Assembly (NCBI GenBank): GCA_021734405.1
Contig: JAIPJA010000003.1
Location: 1-58,454 of the forward strand
DNA length: 58,454 nucleotides
Direction of reading: 5' to 3'
Source of the DNA: Minisyncoccota bacterium
GTDB taxonomy: Bacteria > Patescibacteriota > Patescibacteriia > Patescibacteriales > UBA12465
The notes under the pieces: generated by a model
Seen by the model: the letters and a program-made list of their open reading frames with translations, nothing else
Databases searched by the model: none
Told to the model about the DNA's origin: nothing
Made by a program: the position numbers and the translations under genes
In this document: positions 45,228 through 55,188 of the stretch, one piece after another
Position numbering within the stretch: the stretch's first letter is position 1
How the letters are laid out: every line of letters starts with the position of its first letter

Positions 45228-47873
45228 TTAATTACAAGTAGCACTATTGGTAGGAACATTATTACAACAAGTAGGAAGACCACTAGTAGCTTCACAGCCT
45301 AGACTAGCGCTAGGTTTGTAACAATTTTGATAAATATTTTTAACTCCAGAACCGGCTTCAGCTGTATGAGCCATAGAATCAGCAAATAAAGAATGGTTGA
45401 TATATACATGCGTCTGGTCAACTCCATCTAAAGGTGTGTCAGTATCTATATCCTCAGCATTTATCCAATAACCTAAAGGATAAGGAGCTGAACCCCAAAG
45501 ATTAACTCTTCTGTGAGTAAAGCTATCATTACCTGACTGTATAATTGTGCTACCTGTTTTTAAAGTACTTTTCATCATTAAACTATCAAATTCTATCTTA
45601 ACTGGAGAAGCTAAATTAACATTATCGCCATTTACATCAGGCTCAATTAAATTAATTATTGGTGGTTCTAAAGCAATATAGTCACTGATATAAAAAGACC
45701 AAGTAAAGCTATCACCTTTACTAACATCTTCTGGGGTATTTTCTGAGTAATAACTAACAGGACCCTCAGCCTTGTTATTTCTGTTACCATCAAAAGAATT
45801 AAAAGCTAAATCAACTATGCCAGAACTAACATCAATGGGTGCAGCTGGATAATTTTCTAAAGCATCATTTTGACAAACACTAACAGCCGGACTACAAGTT
45901 AAATAAGGATCTAAACCTGAACAATCATCATCAATAGCACAAGAATTTAAAATCGCCGCTGTAATTTTTACCTTTAAGTTAGACTTGGCAGGCAGACAAT
46001 AAATAGTTTCTCCACAGCCATTAACTCCACAAATATTATCAGAGACAAATTCTAAAGTAGAAAATTGATTAGAAAGCACAAATTTACCAGCTAATTCATT
46101 GCCAACACATTCTCCCCCGTCGCTACAATTATAGGAAAGACACTCTTTATCTTCTGTACAAGCTTCTTCATCCACCTTATCACCTTCAGCACTAATAATT
46201 TTAACTGTATTAGCTACATCTTCAGCCCTGCCTGATACCATGGCTGGGTTTATAGGTTCATTAAAATTAACTTGTATAACTGAATTTCTAGGCTGATCTT
46301 TTGCATCATTTTTAATATAATTAATTTGGCTATTAGCTCCGCCTGTCATTGGGGTTAAAGAAATAGCACTACTGTTAGAAGTATTTAAAATAATATTATT
46401 TCCACCCGAACCAACTGAAGAAGCAGTTAATTCAACTGTATTGCCGTCAAGGGTAGCTATTATATTAGGGTTATTATTTAAAGCTTCTAAAATATTATCA
46501 GCTTGCTCATCATTGTCAGCGCCTTTTTCAATTTTAGTTGCCCCAGAACTATTAGCAAAAGAGTAAACAATATCTCCAACTCTCAAGGTGTCAGCAAAAA
46601 TTTCAAGATTTACAATCACTTCCCATAAATTACCGACCTCTGGATTAGCATCAAAAGTTAAAGAAAAATAATTAGGAAAATTAACAGTATTACCATTTAT
46701 ATTAGCAATGGTAATTAAAGTAGTAGTCCCCACGCCTTCAAATAACTGGGCTTTAGTGGGATTAAGTACAAAAACGGAAAATTCTTCAAGTTGCTGATGA
46801 TAATTAGGACTAATTGTAGCAGAATCAATATCTACATCACCAACTACAGTGGTAGTGCTAGCCATATTCATACTAGCAGGCACATATACCTTTAATTGGC
46901 TAAAGTCATTAACAGTAATTAAACCCTCAGCTGCCACAGCTGTAGAAGAAGCAACTTCATCTCTTAAATTATCAGCTCCAGGGAAAACTCCTCCTACCTC
47001 TACTTGAGGAGGCATTAAATCTAAAATAGTACCAACTTGAAAATCCCATTGTAAATAATCTGTACTACAAGTAGTAAATACCCCCTTGCCATCGCTTAAC
47101 TTATTAATATCATTAGTTAAATAAACCGTATACCAAATTTTTTCTGAACTAGAGCCTAATAAATTATCAGGTTTAAGAACAAAATCCATACCTGGACCAT
47201 CTAATGGATTAGCATCAATAATTTTTACATTTTCTAAACTTTGGTCAGGCTCACTGGACTTATATATCTTAATATTATCTGTATTAATATAATCTCCCTG
47301 ATTGCAATAAGTTGCGTCAGCATTACTATCAAGACACATATCCTCTAACATAACCGGCTCCTTAAAACTAACTAATATTGAAGTATTTCTAGGTACATCT
47401 TTTTGTCCAGGAGCGGGGTAAACAGATTCAACTGAACAAGCCCCTAAAGCTCCCAAGCCTAAATTAACATTATTGTTATTGTTGTTATTATTACTATTGC
47501 CAGCGCCAGTAGCGTCTAAAAGGCTGTTTAATATAAAGGTGGTTATACCAAAAGAAGCTAAAATTATTAAAAGCCCTATGACTCCATTAGTTAAAGTCTT
47601 TTTAGCTTTAGAAACTTTTTCTTCACTGCCACCACTGGTCATCCAAAGAAAACCAGCATAGAGAATGATAACTACTGCTATTAAGCCTAAAAGTCCCAAA
47701 GCTATTTGAATAATTCTGGCCACTACTACTCTAGGATCATTATTGCCTAATTCTAAATTATCATTTAACTGATTTAAACCAACATCTACAGCTAAGGTTG
47801 GATTAGGTAAAATAAAAAAAGCCAGGCCAAGAAAAACAAGAGATATTATAAAAATAAATAGTTTCTTTCTCAT
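45228..47873 (-). CDS. large surface protein (881 aa): paralogous VirB2/TrbC-like two-TM pilin module, poly-Asn linker, SbsA/Big_5-like Ig domains, Cys-rich C-terminal third
   Basis: The N-terminal 125 aa are about 60% identical to those of the 1834-aa protein. Ig-domain starts VYPAPGQKDVPRNTSILVSFKEPV and QPRNSVIQVNFNEPINP. Confidence 0.9.
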   Translation of the reverse strand: MRKKLFIFIISLVFLGLAFFILPNPTLAVDVGLNQLNDNLELGNNDPRVVVARIIQIALGLLGLIAVVIILYAGFLWMTSGGSEEKVSKAKKTLTNGVIGLLIILASFGITTFILNSLLDATGAGNSNNNNNNNNVNLGLGALGACSVESVYPAPGQKDVPRNTSILVSFKEPVMLEDMCLDSNADATYCNQGDYINTDNIKIYKSSEPDQSLENVKIIDANPLDGPGMDFVLKPDNLLGSSSEKIWYTVYLTNDINKLSDGKGVFTTCSTDYLQWDFQVGTILDLMPPQVEVGGVFPGADNLRDEVASSTAVAAEGLITVNDFSQLKVYVPASMNMASTTTVVGDVDIDSATISPNYHQQLEEFSVFVLNPTKAQLFEGVGTTTLITIANINGNTVNFPNYFSLTFDANPEVGNLWEVIVNLEIFADTLRVGDIVYSFANSSGATKIEKGADNDEQADNILEALNNNPNIIATLDGNTVELTASSVGSGGNNIILNTSNSSAISLTPMTGGANSQINYIKNDAKDQPRNSVIQVNFNEPINPAMVSGRAEDVANTVKIISAEGDKVDEEACTEDKECLSYNCSDGGECVGNELAGKFVLSNQFSTLEFVSDNICGVNGCGETIYCLPAKSNLKVKITAAILNSCAIDDDCSGLDPYLTCSPAVSVCQNDALENYPAAPIDVSSGIVDLAFNSFDGNRNNKAEGPVSYYSENTPEDVSKGDSFTWSFYISDYIALEPPIINLIEPDVNGDNVNLASPVKIEFDSLMMKSTLKTGSTIIQSGNDSFTHRRVNLWGSAPYPLGYWINAEDIDTDTPLDGVDQTHVYINHSLFADSMAHTAEAGSGVKNIYQNCYKPSASLGCEATSGLPTCCNNVPTNSATCN

Positions 47874-47924
47874 CTGGGTTTAAAAAATTTAATTTATTCT
47901 TGCTTTTACTAAGCTTGTCCATCT

Positions 47925-47953
47925 TTGACTTAAGGCTTTTTTTAAGCTAAAAT
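47925..47953 (+). promoter_or_regulatory. possible sigma-70-type promoter for rsh
   Basis: TTGACT, a 17-nt spacer, then TAAAAT, about 100 nt upstream of the ATG at 48055. AT-rich context makes chance matches likely. Confidence 0.3.
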
Positions 47954-48054
47954 AAACTAAATAAGCTTTATTTTATAAAAATATAATTATATAATTAATT
48001 ATAGCATAAAAAGAAGCTAAGCCAAATACTTTATTGGTATTTAATAAAGCTAAT

Positions 48055-49605
48055 ATGACTATTGAAAGAGTTATAAAAAAATTTAAAGAATTTCATCCTG
48101 AAGCCAACACTAACCTGCTTCTTAAAGCTTATAATTTTGCTAATAAAGCTCATCAAAAACAAAATCGCAAAAGCGGAGAACCTTACATTCAACATCCTCT
48201 ACATACTGCTTACCTGTTAGTACAAATTAAAGCTGATCTTCATACGGTAGCAGCTGGAATTTTACATGATGTGCCAGAAGATACCAACCGGACTTTAAAA
48301 GAAGTAAAGCAACAATTTGGTGAAGATATATATAATTTAGTAAAAGGCGTTACCAAATTAGGCACTTTAAAATATCTGGGTGAAGAACGTTATCGAGAAA
48401 ATTTAAGAAAAATGTTTCTAGCTATGGCTAAAGATATTCGTGTCATATTTATAAAATTCTGTGATCGCCTGCACAATCTTAGAACTTTAGAAGCTTTACC
48501 TAGGAATAAACAACAAAGAATCGCCCGCGAAACCCTGGAGATATATGCCCCTATAGCAGGTCTTTTAGGAATTTGGCGTTTAAAATGGCAACTGGAAGAT
48601 ATTTGTTTTAAATATTTAAAACCAGAAGAATATAGTCAGCTAGAACATAAGTATGAAATAGAGAAAAAAGCTGAACGCAATCAATACTTTCAAAAAGTTA
48701 AAAATATATTGAGTCCCAAGCTACAAGCTAATAATATTAAAGATTTTGAAATTGAAGTTAGATTTAAACACCTCTACAGCATTTACTTAAAAATGCAAAG
48801 AAAAGAAAGACAATTTGATGAAATTTATGATGTATTTGCGCTAAGAATAATTGTATCTACTGTAGATGAGTGCTACAAAGCTCTGGGAGTAATCCATACT
48901 CTTTGGAAGCCAAAGCCTAAAAGATTTAAAGACTACATTGCCCTGCCTAAACCTAATGGCTATCGCAGTCTCCACACTACAGTTTTTGGACCTGAAGGAA
49001 AAAATGTAGAGTTTCAAATAAGAACTAGGGAAATGCATGATGAATCTATTTATGGAATAGCTGCTCACTGGTACTACAAGCATAAACATCCTGATGAAAA
49101 ACATAACCAACCCAGCTGGATAAAAAGCATTTTAGATATACAAAAAAACATGACTAATACCCAAGACTTTATTAAAGAGATAAAGCTTGACGTGTTTAGA
49201 AATAGAATTTTTGTTTTTTCACCTAAAGGTGATGTCTTTGAATTACCAGAAAAATCCACCCCTATAGACTTCGCCTATAGTGTCCATACTGATATAGGCA
49301 ATAAAGCCACTCAATCCCTTATTAATGACAAAATCTCTGGCTTAGATGTTGAACTCCAAAATGGTGATATAGTTGAAATTATTACTGACAAAAACAGAAA
49401 ACATCCTAACAGAGATTGGCTTAAATTTATTAAAACTAAAAAGGCTAAAGAAAATATTAAACAATATGCCAAAAAGTCTACCTTGCACAGCCTAACCAAC
49501 CTGATAAAAGGTCATGGCCGAAGCGAAAGTGAAGAAGAAAAAAAAGAAAAAAGATTACAGAAAAAGAAAAAACAACACCACAAAAGCCAAAAAAATAAGT
49601 ACTAA
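48055..49605 (+). CDS. RelA/SpoT homologue: (p)ppGpp hydrolase (HD), synthetase and TGS domains, with a Lys-rich tail and no ACT/RRM domain
   Basis: HD motif HPLHTAYLL...ILHDVPEDT. Synthetase motif YRSLHTTV...FQIRTREMH. TGS domain IFVFSPKGDVFELPEKSTPIDFAY. I chose the start at ATG 48055; the track's 48034 start is TTG. Confidence 0.88.
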   Translation: MTIERVIKKFKEFHPEANTNLLLKAYNFANKAHQKQNRKSGEPYIQHPLHTAYLLVQIKADLHTVAAGILHDVPEDTNRTLKEVKQQFGEDIYNLVKGVTKLGTLKYLGEERYRENLRKMFLAMAKDIRVIFIKFCDRLHNLRTLEALPRNKQQRIARETLEIYAPIAGLLGIWRLKWQLEDICFKYLKPEEYSQLEHKYEIEKKAERNQYFQKVKNILSPKLQANNIKDFEIEVRFKHLYSIYLKMQRKERQFDEIYDVFALRIIVSTVDECYKALGVIHTLWKPKPKRFKDYIALPKPNGYRSLHTTVFGPEGKNVEFQIRTREMHDESIYGIAAHWYYKHKHPDEKHNQPSWIKSILDIQKNMTNTQDFIKEIKLDVFRNRIFVFSPKGDVFELPEKSTPIDFAYSVHTDIGNKATQSLINDKISGLDVELQNGDIVEIITDKNRKHPNRDWLKFIKTKKAKENIKQYAKKSTLHSLTNLIKGHGRSESEEEKKEKRLQKKKKQHHKSQKNKY

Positions 49606-49630
49606 AATTTATTCTCCTCTTTTAAATAAC

Positions 49631-49663
49631 AAAAACCACTCTATTTACTTAAGAGTGGTTTTT
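49631..49663. terminator. bidirectional intrinsic terminator between the convergent rsh and rpsU genes
   Basis: A5-CCACTCT-ATTTACTTA-AGAGTGG-T5. Confidence 0.7.
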
Positions 49664-49680
49664 GAAAATAAGCAAAAAAA

Positions 49681-49908
49681 TTATTTATTATCATCATCAA
49701 GCTTGCCAATTTTGCGTAAATACTCAGTTTTCTTTTTTAACTTTAAACTAGTAAGCGCATATTTTTTCTGCTCTCGCTTACTTTTTCTATCTTGATAATG
49801 TTGTTTGTTTCTGGCTTCTTCCAATCTTTTACTATTTCTAAGACCTTTTTTAAAACGTCTTAAAAAACTTTCAAAGTTTTCACCAGTTTTCCTTTTAAAA
49901 TCTGCCAT
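49681..49908 (-). CDS. rpsU: 30S ribosomal protein S21
   Basis: 75 aa, basic, with ENFESFLRRFKKGLRNSKRLEEARNKQHY. Confidence 0.8.
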   Translation of the reverse strand: MADFKRKTGENFESFLRRFKKGLRNSKRLEEARNKQHYQDRKSKREQKKYALTSLKLKKKTEYLRKIGKLDDDNK

Positions 49909-49960
49909 GATAACACCTTCCTTTCTATAATAGTTAATTTATTATTTTACTTATCTTAAA

Positions 49961-51307
49961 CTAGTTTAATTTTTTTTGCAAATCTTTAATGAGTTTTTTT
50001 TGCGGAACTATTTCCTGTACCCCCGAATCCATATCTCTAAGCAAAATAGTGTCATCGCTTAATTCTTTTTTTCCTAAAATTAAACAAACTCTGGCTTGTA
50101 ATTGTTTAGCTTCTTCTAACTGTTTTTTAAGGCTGTTGGCGGCAAAAGAGTTTCTAATATTAAAACCTTCCCTTCTTAAGTCTTCAAAAATCTGCATTGA
50201 TTTTAATTTAGCCTGTTCGCTTAACTGAGCTAGGAAAATTAAGTTTTCTGGCTGAGGGAAAAGTATTAAACCCTTATCTTTTAATTTATAAAGAATTCTT
50301 TCCATACCTAAAGCCATGCCTACAGCAGGAACATCTTGACCTCCAATTTTTTCTATTAACTTATCATATCTTCCCCCTCCACCTAAAGCGTACTTATATT
50401 GCACCTGTCCATTGTCAGCTATAGGCCAAAACTCAAAGACAGCATCGTTATAATAATTTAAGCCCCTTACTAATCGAGGATTAAAATTATATTTTACTTC
50501 TAACTCATCTAGATACTCTACTAATTTACTAAAATGATCTCTGCTTTCTTCATCTAAAAAGTCTACAATTTGCGGAGCTCCCTCAGCTAGACCCATACAT
50601 TCTTTTTCAGTACAATCTAAAAGAGCTAAAGGATCTTTAGCTAAAAGTTTTTTACATTCATTACACAGCTTAGCCCTATTACCTCTTTCTTTGTAATAAG
50701 CGTTTAATCTAGTTTTATACTCCTTCTGACACTCACTTTTTCCAAGACTATTTATCTGCACCTCAATGTCTAAGCCCCACTCCTTACAAAGAGAAAACAT
50801 AGTATAAATTAGCAAGGCTTCGGCTACTGCTTTATTTTCTCCTAAAATTTCCGCATTAATTTGAGTAAATTGTCGATAACGACTGCTTTGTAATTTTTCT
50901 TGTCTAAAAACTGGACCTACAGAGAAAAGTCTGGTTGGCTGAGGCATTGAATTTATTAAATCATGTTCAAAAAAAGCTCTAATAATACCTTGAGTCAGCT
51001 CTGATCTTAAAGCTAGTTTTTCACCTTTATCACTAGTAATCTCATAAAGCTCTTTGCTGGCATCGCGACGAAAATTATTTTTAAACATTTCCGCTTTTTC
51101 TAAAATTGGCGTTTCCATTTCTGTAAAACCATAACGCTTAAAAAAATCAATTAAACTCATTTTTACTGCTTCCAAATTAGAAAAATCATCACCTAACAAG
51201 TCTTTAGTTCCTAGAGCGCGACTAACATCTTTTAAGGCTCGACTTCTTAAGCCCACATCCTTTTTTGATAGTTGTGGTTCATTATTTTTTTTCATTGTTT
51301 TTGGCAT
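49961..51307 (-). CDS. hisS: histidine--tRNA ligase
   Basis: Class II motifs FRQEKLQSSRYRQFTQ and GGGGRYD, plus a C-terminal anticodon-binding domain. Confidence 0.93.
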   Translation of the reverse strand: MPKTMKKNNEPQLSKKDVGLRSRALKDVSRALGTKDLLGDDFSNLEAVKMSLIDFFKRYGFTEMETPILEKAEMFKNNFRRDASKELYEITSDKGEKLALRSELTQGIIRAFFEHDLINSMPQPTRLFSVGPVFRQEKLQSSRYRQFTQINAEILGENKAVAEALLIYTMFSLCKEWGLDIEVQINSLGKSECQKEYKTRLNAYYKERGNRAKLCNECKKLLAKDPLALLDCTEKECMGLAEGAPQIVDFLDEESRDHFSKLVEYLDELEVKYNFNPRLVRGLNYYNDAVFEFWPIADNGQVQYKYALGGGGRYDKLIEKIGGQDVPAVGMALGMERILYKLKDKGLILFPQPENLIFLAQLSEQAKLKSMQIFEDLRREGFNIRNSFAANSLKKQLEEAKQLQARVCLILGKKELSDDTILLRDMDSGVQEIVPQKKLIKDLQKKLN

Positions 51308-51324
51308 AATATATAGCGTTATAA

Positions 51325-51885
51325 TTAATACTTAGGTAATTCATTAAATACCTGCATTCTATCTAGTGGCCAACCTCTAAGCCAAACTCTACCAATAATG
51401 AAACTCTTGTTGACTGCTCCAAAAGTTCGAGAATCTTTAGAGGCTGTTCGGTTATCTCCTAAAACATAATATTCATCTTCAGATAAAACAAGCGTATCTT
51501 CTCGTAAACTATAGGTGTTGCTCTCTTCACTAAGATATGGCTCTTGCAACAAAAACCCTTTAGGGTTTTCGCTGTTTATGATATAAACTCTACCTCCTTT
51601 TATTTCCACGGTTTCTCCAGGAAGCCCTATAACTCTTTTTATAAAATATTCTTGAGGATTATTAGGATAGCGAAAAACAATCACCTCTCCTCTTTTAGGT
51701 TCTTCAAAACGATAGGAGATCTCATCAATAATTAAATATTCAAAATCATGAAAGTTAGGCTCCATAGAAGCACCTTTCACATAAAAAGGTTGAATTAAAA
51801 AATACCTTATAGGAATAATAATAGCTAAAGATATAACTACTATTTTTAAGGTTTCAAATATAAATTTTAAAGCATTTTTCCACAT
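51325..51885 (-). CDS. lepB: signal peptidase I
   Basis: GASMEPN (catalytic Ser), KRVIGLPGE (Lys) and GDNRTASKDSR. Confidence 0.92.
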   Translation of the reverse strand: MWKNALKFIFETLKIVVISLAIIIPIRYFLIQPFYVKGASMEPNFHDFEYLIIDEISYRFEEPKRGEVIVFRYPNNPQEYFIKRVIGLPGETVEIKGGRVYIINSENPKGFLLQEPYLSEESNTYSLREDTLVLSEDEYYVLGDNRTASKDSRTFGAVNKSFIIGRVWLRGWPLDRMQVFNELPKY

Positions 51886-51971
51886 AATAAAATAATTGCT
51901 TAATTTAAAAGCTTTGATGAGATTATAGCATTTTAAAAAGTAAAAATCAAGTTAAACTTTTTCTAAAAAAA

Positions 51972-53054
51972 TTAGAATATAAACATCGCATCACCATAGC
52001 TATAAAAACGGTATTTTTCTTTTATAGCCTCTCCATAAGCTACTAAAATTTTATCTTTTCCTGCTAAAGCACTAACCAACATTATTAAACTAGACTCGGG
52101 TAAATGAAAGTTAGTGATCATAGAGTCAACAATTTTAAACTTATAACCTGGATAAATAAAAATATCAGTAAAACCTCTATAACCATCAATTAAATCCTTA
52201 TCTTTTAAATTAAAAACGGTTTCTAAAGCTCTAGTTGAGGTAGTGCCAACTGCTACTATTTTTTGCTTATTCCTTTTACATTCTTTTAAATCCTCAATAT
52301 CCTTTTTTCTTATTTCAACAAACTCGCTGTGTAGTTTTTTTTCTTTAAGTTGCTTCTCAGTTAAAGGTGCAAAAGTGCCTAAACCAACATGTAAGGTGAT
52401 ATATATAATTTTTACACCTTTCTTTTTTAATTTTTTAAATAAATTATCAGTAAAATGCAATCCGGCTGTAGGAGCGGCCACTGAACCCAACTTACTGTCT
52501 TTGGCATAAACAGTCTGATATCTTTTTTTATCTAAAGTCTTTAATGTCTGTTCTTGTTTACTGTCTTCTATATTTCTTTTTATATAAGGAGGTAGTGGCA
52601 CTAGTCCTAGCTTATTAATTTTATCCATTAATTTCTGCCCTTGCAGGTTAAATTCTACTAAACGATTCTTATCATTTTTCTCAACTTCTTTAACTACGGC
52701 TTTTAAATCTTCAGCAAAAACAATTTCTTGTCCAACTTTAATATTTTTACCTTTAAACAAACATTGCCAAAGATTAGTCTTCTTTTTATCTTTTAAATTT
52801 AATAGAAAAACTTCTACTTGCCCGCCGCTGGGATGTTTTTTGCCTATAAGCCTAGCTGGGAAAACTTTACTGTTATTTAAAACCAAAACGTCTCCTTTAT
52901 TTAAATATTTATCTAGGTTATAGAAAAAATCATGCTTTATTTCTCCGTTATTTTTGTTTAAAAGCAAAAGCCGCGAACTATCTCGCGGATTAACAGGTTT
53001 TTGAGCAATTAGCTCGCTTGGTAAATTAAAATAATAATCAGACTTTTCTATCAT
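51972..53054 (-). CDS. queA: S-adenosylmethionine:tRNA ribosyltransferase-isomerase
   Basis: [14 protein letters not shown]...[10 protein letters not shown]...SYGDAMFI. Overlaps ruvB by 4 nt. Confidence 0.93.
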   Translation of the reverse strand: MIEKSDYYFNLPSELIAQKPVNPRDSSRLLLLNKNNGEIKHDFFYNLDKYLNKGDVLVLNNSKVFPARLIGKKHPSGGQVEVFLLNLKDKKKTNLWQCLFKGKNIKVGQEIVFAEDLKAVVKEVEKNDKNRLVEFNLQGQKLMDKINKLGLVPLPPYIKRNIEDSKQEQTLKTLDKKRYQTVYAKDSKLGSVAAPTAGLHFTDNLFKKLKKKGVKIIYITLHVGLGTFAPLTEKQLKEKKLHSEFVEIRKKDIEDLKECKRNKQKIVAVGTTSTRALETVFNLKDKDLIDGYRGFTDIFIYPGYKFKIVDSMITNFHLPESSLIMLVSALAGKDKILVAYGEAIKEKYRFYSYGDAMFIF

Positions 53055-54076
53055 AATTTCATGGAATTTTGTCCTAAAAAAGAAACATTTAAATGCTTAT
53101 AACCAGCTTCCGTTATAATCCTGCCTCTAGCTGATCTTTCTAAAAATCCTAATTGCATTAAATAGGGTTCATACATATCTTCTATGGTAGCCATTTCTTC
53201 TCCAGTAGCAGCTGCTAAAGTGTTTAAGCCCACTGGACCGCCTTGAAATTTCTCTATAATCACTTCCATTATCTTTCTATCAATAGCATCCAGACCTAAC
53301 TCATCTACTTCCAACAGAGCAAAAGATCTTTTACAAACATCAGTATCTATATGTCCCTCTGCTTCTACTTGAGAATAATCCCTAACTCTTTTTAAAAGTC
53401 TATTAGCTATTCTTGGAGTCCTACGGGCTCGTGAAGCAATAGCCTTACAGGAATTATTATCAATTTCAATACCTAAAAGCCCAGCACTTCTTAAAATAAT
53501 CTTTTCAATATCGCTGGTTTCATAATAATTTAAATGATGAACTAAACCAAAACGATCTCTTAAAGGAGAAGACAGTGAGCTAGCCTTGGTAGTAGCCCCT
53601 ATGATAGTAAACTTAGGTAAATCAAGTCGCAGAGTCCTAGCGGAAGGACCTTTACCCATAATAATATCTAAAGCATAATCTTCCATAGCTGGATAAAGAA
53701 TTTCTTCTACAGTTTTATGTAAGCGATGAATTTCATCAATAAAGAGAATATCATTTTCAGAAATATTAGTTAAAATAGCAGCTAAATCACCACTTTTTTC
53801 AATGGCTGGTCCGGAAGTAACTCTTAAGTTAGCTCCACTTTCTTTAGCAATAACATGGGCTAAGGTGGTTTTGCCTAGCCCTGGAGGTCCATATAAAAGT
53901 ACATGTTCTATGGGTTCATTTCTATGCTTAGCCGCTTTAATGGTTATTTTTAAATTATCCTTAACCTTATCTTGTCCAACATATTCAGCAAAATTTTGCG
54001 GACGCAAAGCCGTATCCCAAATCTTATCATTGGAATTTTCTTCAGAGCTTATTATTCTGGAAGCTTCTTCATTCAT
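53051..54076 (-). CDS. ruvB: Holliday junction branch migration ATPase RuvB
   Basis: [12 protein letters not shown], Walker [10 protein letters not shown], and FIDEIHRL. Confidence 0.97.
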   Translation of the reverse strand: MNEEASRIISSEENSNDKIWDTALRPQNFAEYVGQDKVKDNLKITIKAAKHRNEPIEHVLLYGPPGLGKTTLAHVIAKESGANLRVTSGPAIEKSGDLAAILTNISENDILFIDEIHRLHKTVEEILYPAMEDYALDIIMGKGPSARTLRLDLPKFTIIGATTKASSLSSPLRDRFGLVHHLNYYETSDIEKIILRSAGLLGIEIDNNSCKAIASRARRTPRIANRLLKRVRDYSQVEAEGHIDTDVCKRSFALLEVDELGLDAIDRKIMEVIIEKFQGGPVGLNTLAAATGEEMATIEDMYEPYLMQLGFLERSARGRIITEAGYKHLNVSFLGQNSMKL

Positions 54077-54273
54077 AGCTTATATATATTAAATGTCTAA
54101 AGCCTTTGTGTCAATTATGCTATTAGAAAAACTAATATTATAGAATCTTTTGCTTTTACTATATCTTATTATTTAATTTTATTCAAAAAAATAACTAATT
54201 TTTTATTAAGAAATATTTTGCAAAAACTTTTCGCAAAGATTTTACCTTGGGCGAGACTTTTGTTATAGCTACC

Positions 54274-54501
54274 CTACTTTAAATTTTTATTACCCTTCTT
54301 AAATAACCAAATAATAGAACCTCCTAAAAGTAACCATAAACCAATAAATAACAAGTCTTTAAATAACAACCAATAATCCAATTCTCCGCTTTTTATATCT
54401 ATAACATCACTTTTTATGATAATAAAAACAAAAAAGGATAAGACTAGAAAAGAAAAAATAGATATTCCCAAAACAATACCGTGTAATACTTTTTTATTCA
54501 T
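54274..54501 (-). CDS. small two-TM membrane protein, unknown function
   Basis: 75 aa with two hydrophobic helices. Confidence 0.45.
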   Translation of the reverse strand: MNKKVLHGIVLGISIFSFLVLSFFVFIIIKSDVIDIKSGELDYWLLFKDLLFIGLWLLLGGSIIWLFKKGNKNLK

Positions 54502-54620
54502 AATTAATAACTTAATATTTCTTTATATATTTAATTTACAACCATGAAAATGAAATAACAAAGATTATATAAAAACACAACTATTAATCACTAATTTTAA
54601 CTATATAAAATCAACTTTAT

Positions 54621-55154
54621 CTACTTTATAATCTCCACGTTCTCTGGCAACTTATTTGTTATTATCCCCAAATCTGATTCAGAATAATTGTTTCCAGAAA
54701 TATTAAAAGTTTTTAAATTCTGCAAATTTCCTAATTCATAAGGCAAACCTGTCAACTGATTATTGGATAAGTTCAATACTTCTAAATAGTTTAACTGACC
54801 AACTTCTGCTGGAACTCCGGTCATTTGATTATTGCTAGCATCTAATATTTTTAAATTTTTAAGATGCCTGACTTCAGCCTGAATTGCGCCTGTTAATTCA
54901 TTATTTGACACATACAACTCTTCCAGATTTGTTAAGCCAAAAACGTATTCTGGAATTTTTTTTAAACCTTGATTGCTCAAATCCAATCTATACTCTTTTT
55001 TCTGATTGCCAGTCTTAGGTACATTATCAGTGGTTACTTTATTAGACAAACTTTTATTTTCCTCAACTCTATTTGTCTGCAAAATTTCCTGAGACAACGA
55101 ACAGCCACTAAGCAATAAAGTGGTTGTTATAATTATAAATAAAAACTTTTTCAT
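54621..55154 (-). CDS. leucine-rich-repeat lipoprotein
   Basis: Lipobox LLLSGC, followed by about five 23-aa LRRs of the form LxxLxxLxLSNNQLTGxPxExGxL. Confidence 0.8.
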   Translation of the reverse strand: MKKFLFIIITTTLLLSGCSLSQEILQTNRVEENKSLSNKVTTDNVPKTGNQKKEYRLDLSNQGLKKIPEYVFGLTNLEELYVSNNELTGAIQAEVRHLKNLKILDASNNQMTGVPAEVGQLNYLEVLNLSNNQLTGLPYELGNLQNLKTFNISGNNYSESDLGIITNKLPENVEIIK

Positions 55155-55188
55155 AAATTTAAGGTTAATTTATTAAGATTAATAACGC

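Noticed and set aside
49514-49795. 93-aa plus-strand ORF spanning the rsh tail, the terminator and the antisense strand of rpsU
   Set aside because: It overlaps two better-supported genes and crosses a strong terminator hairpin, and its product is low-complexity.
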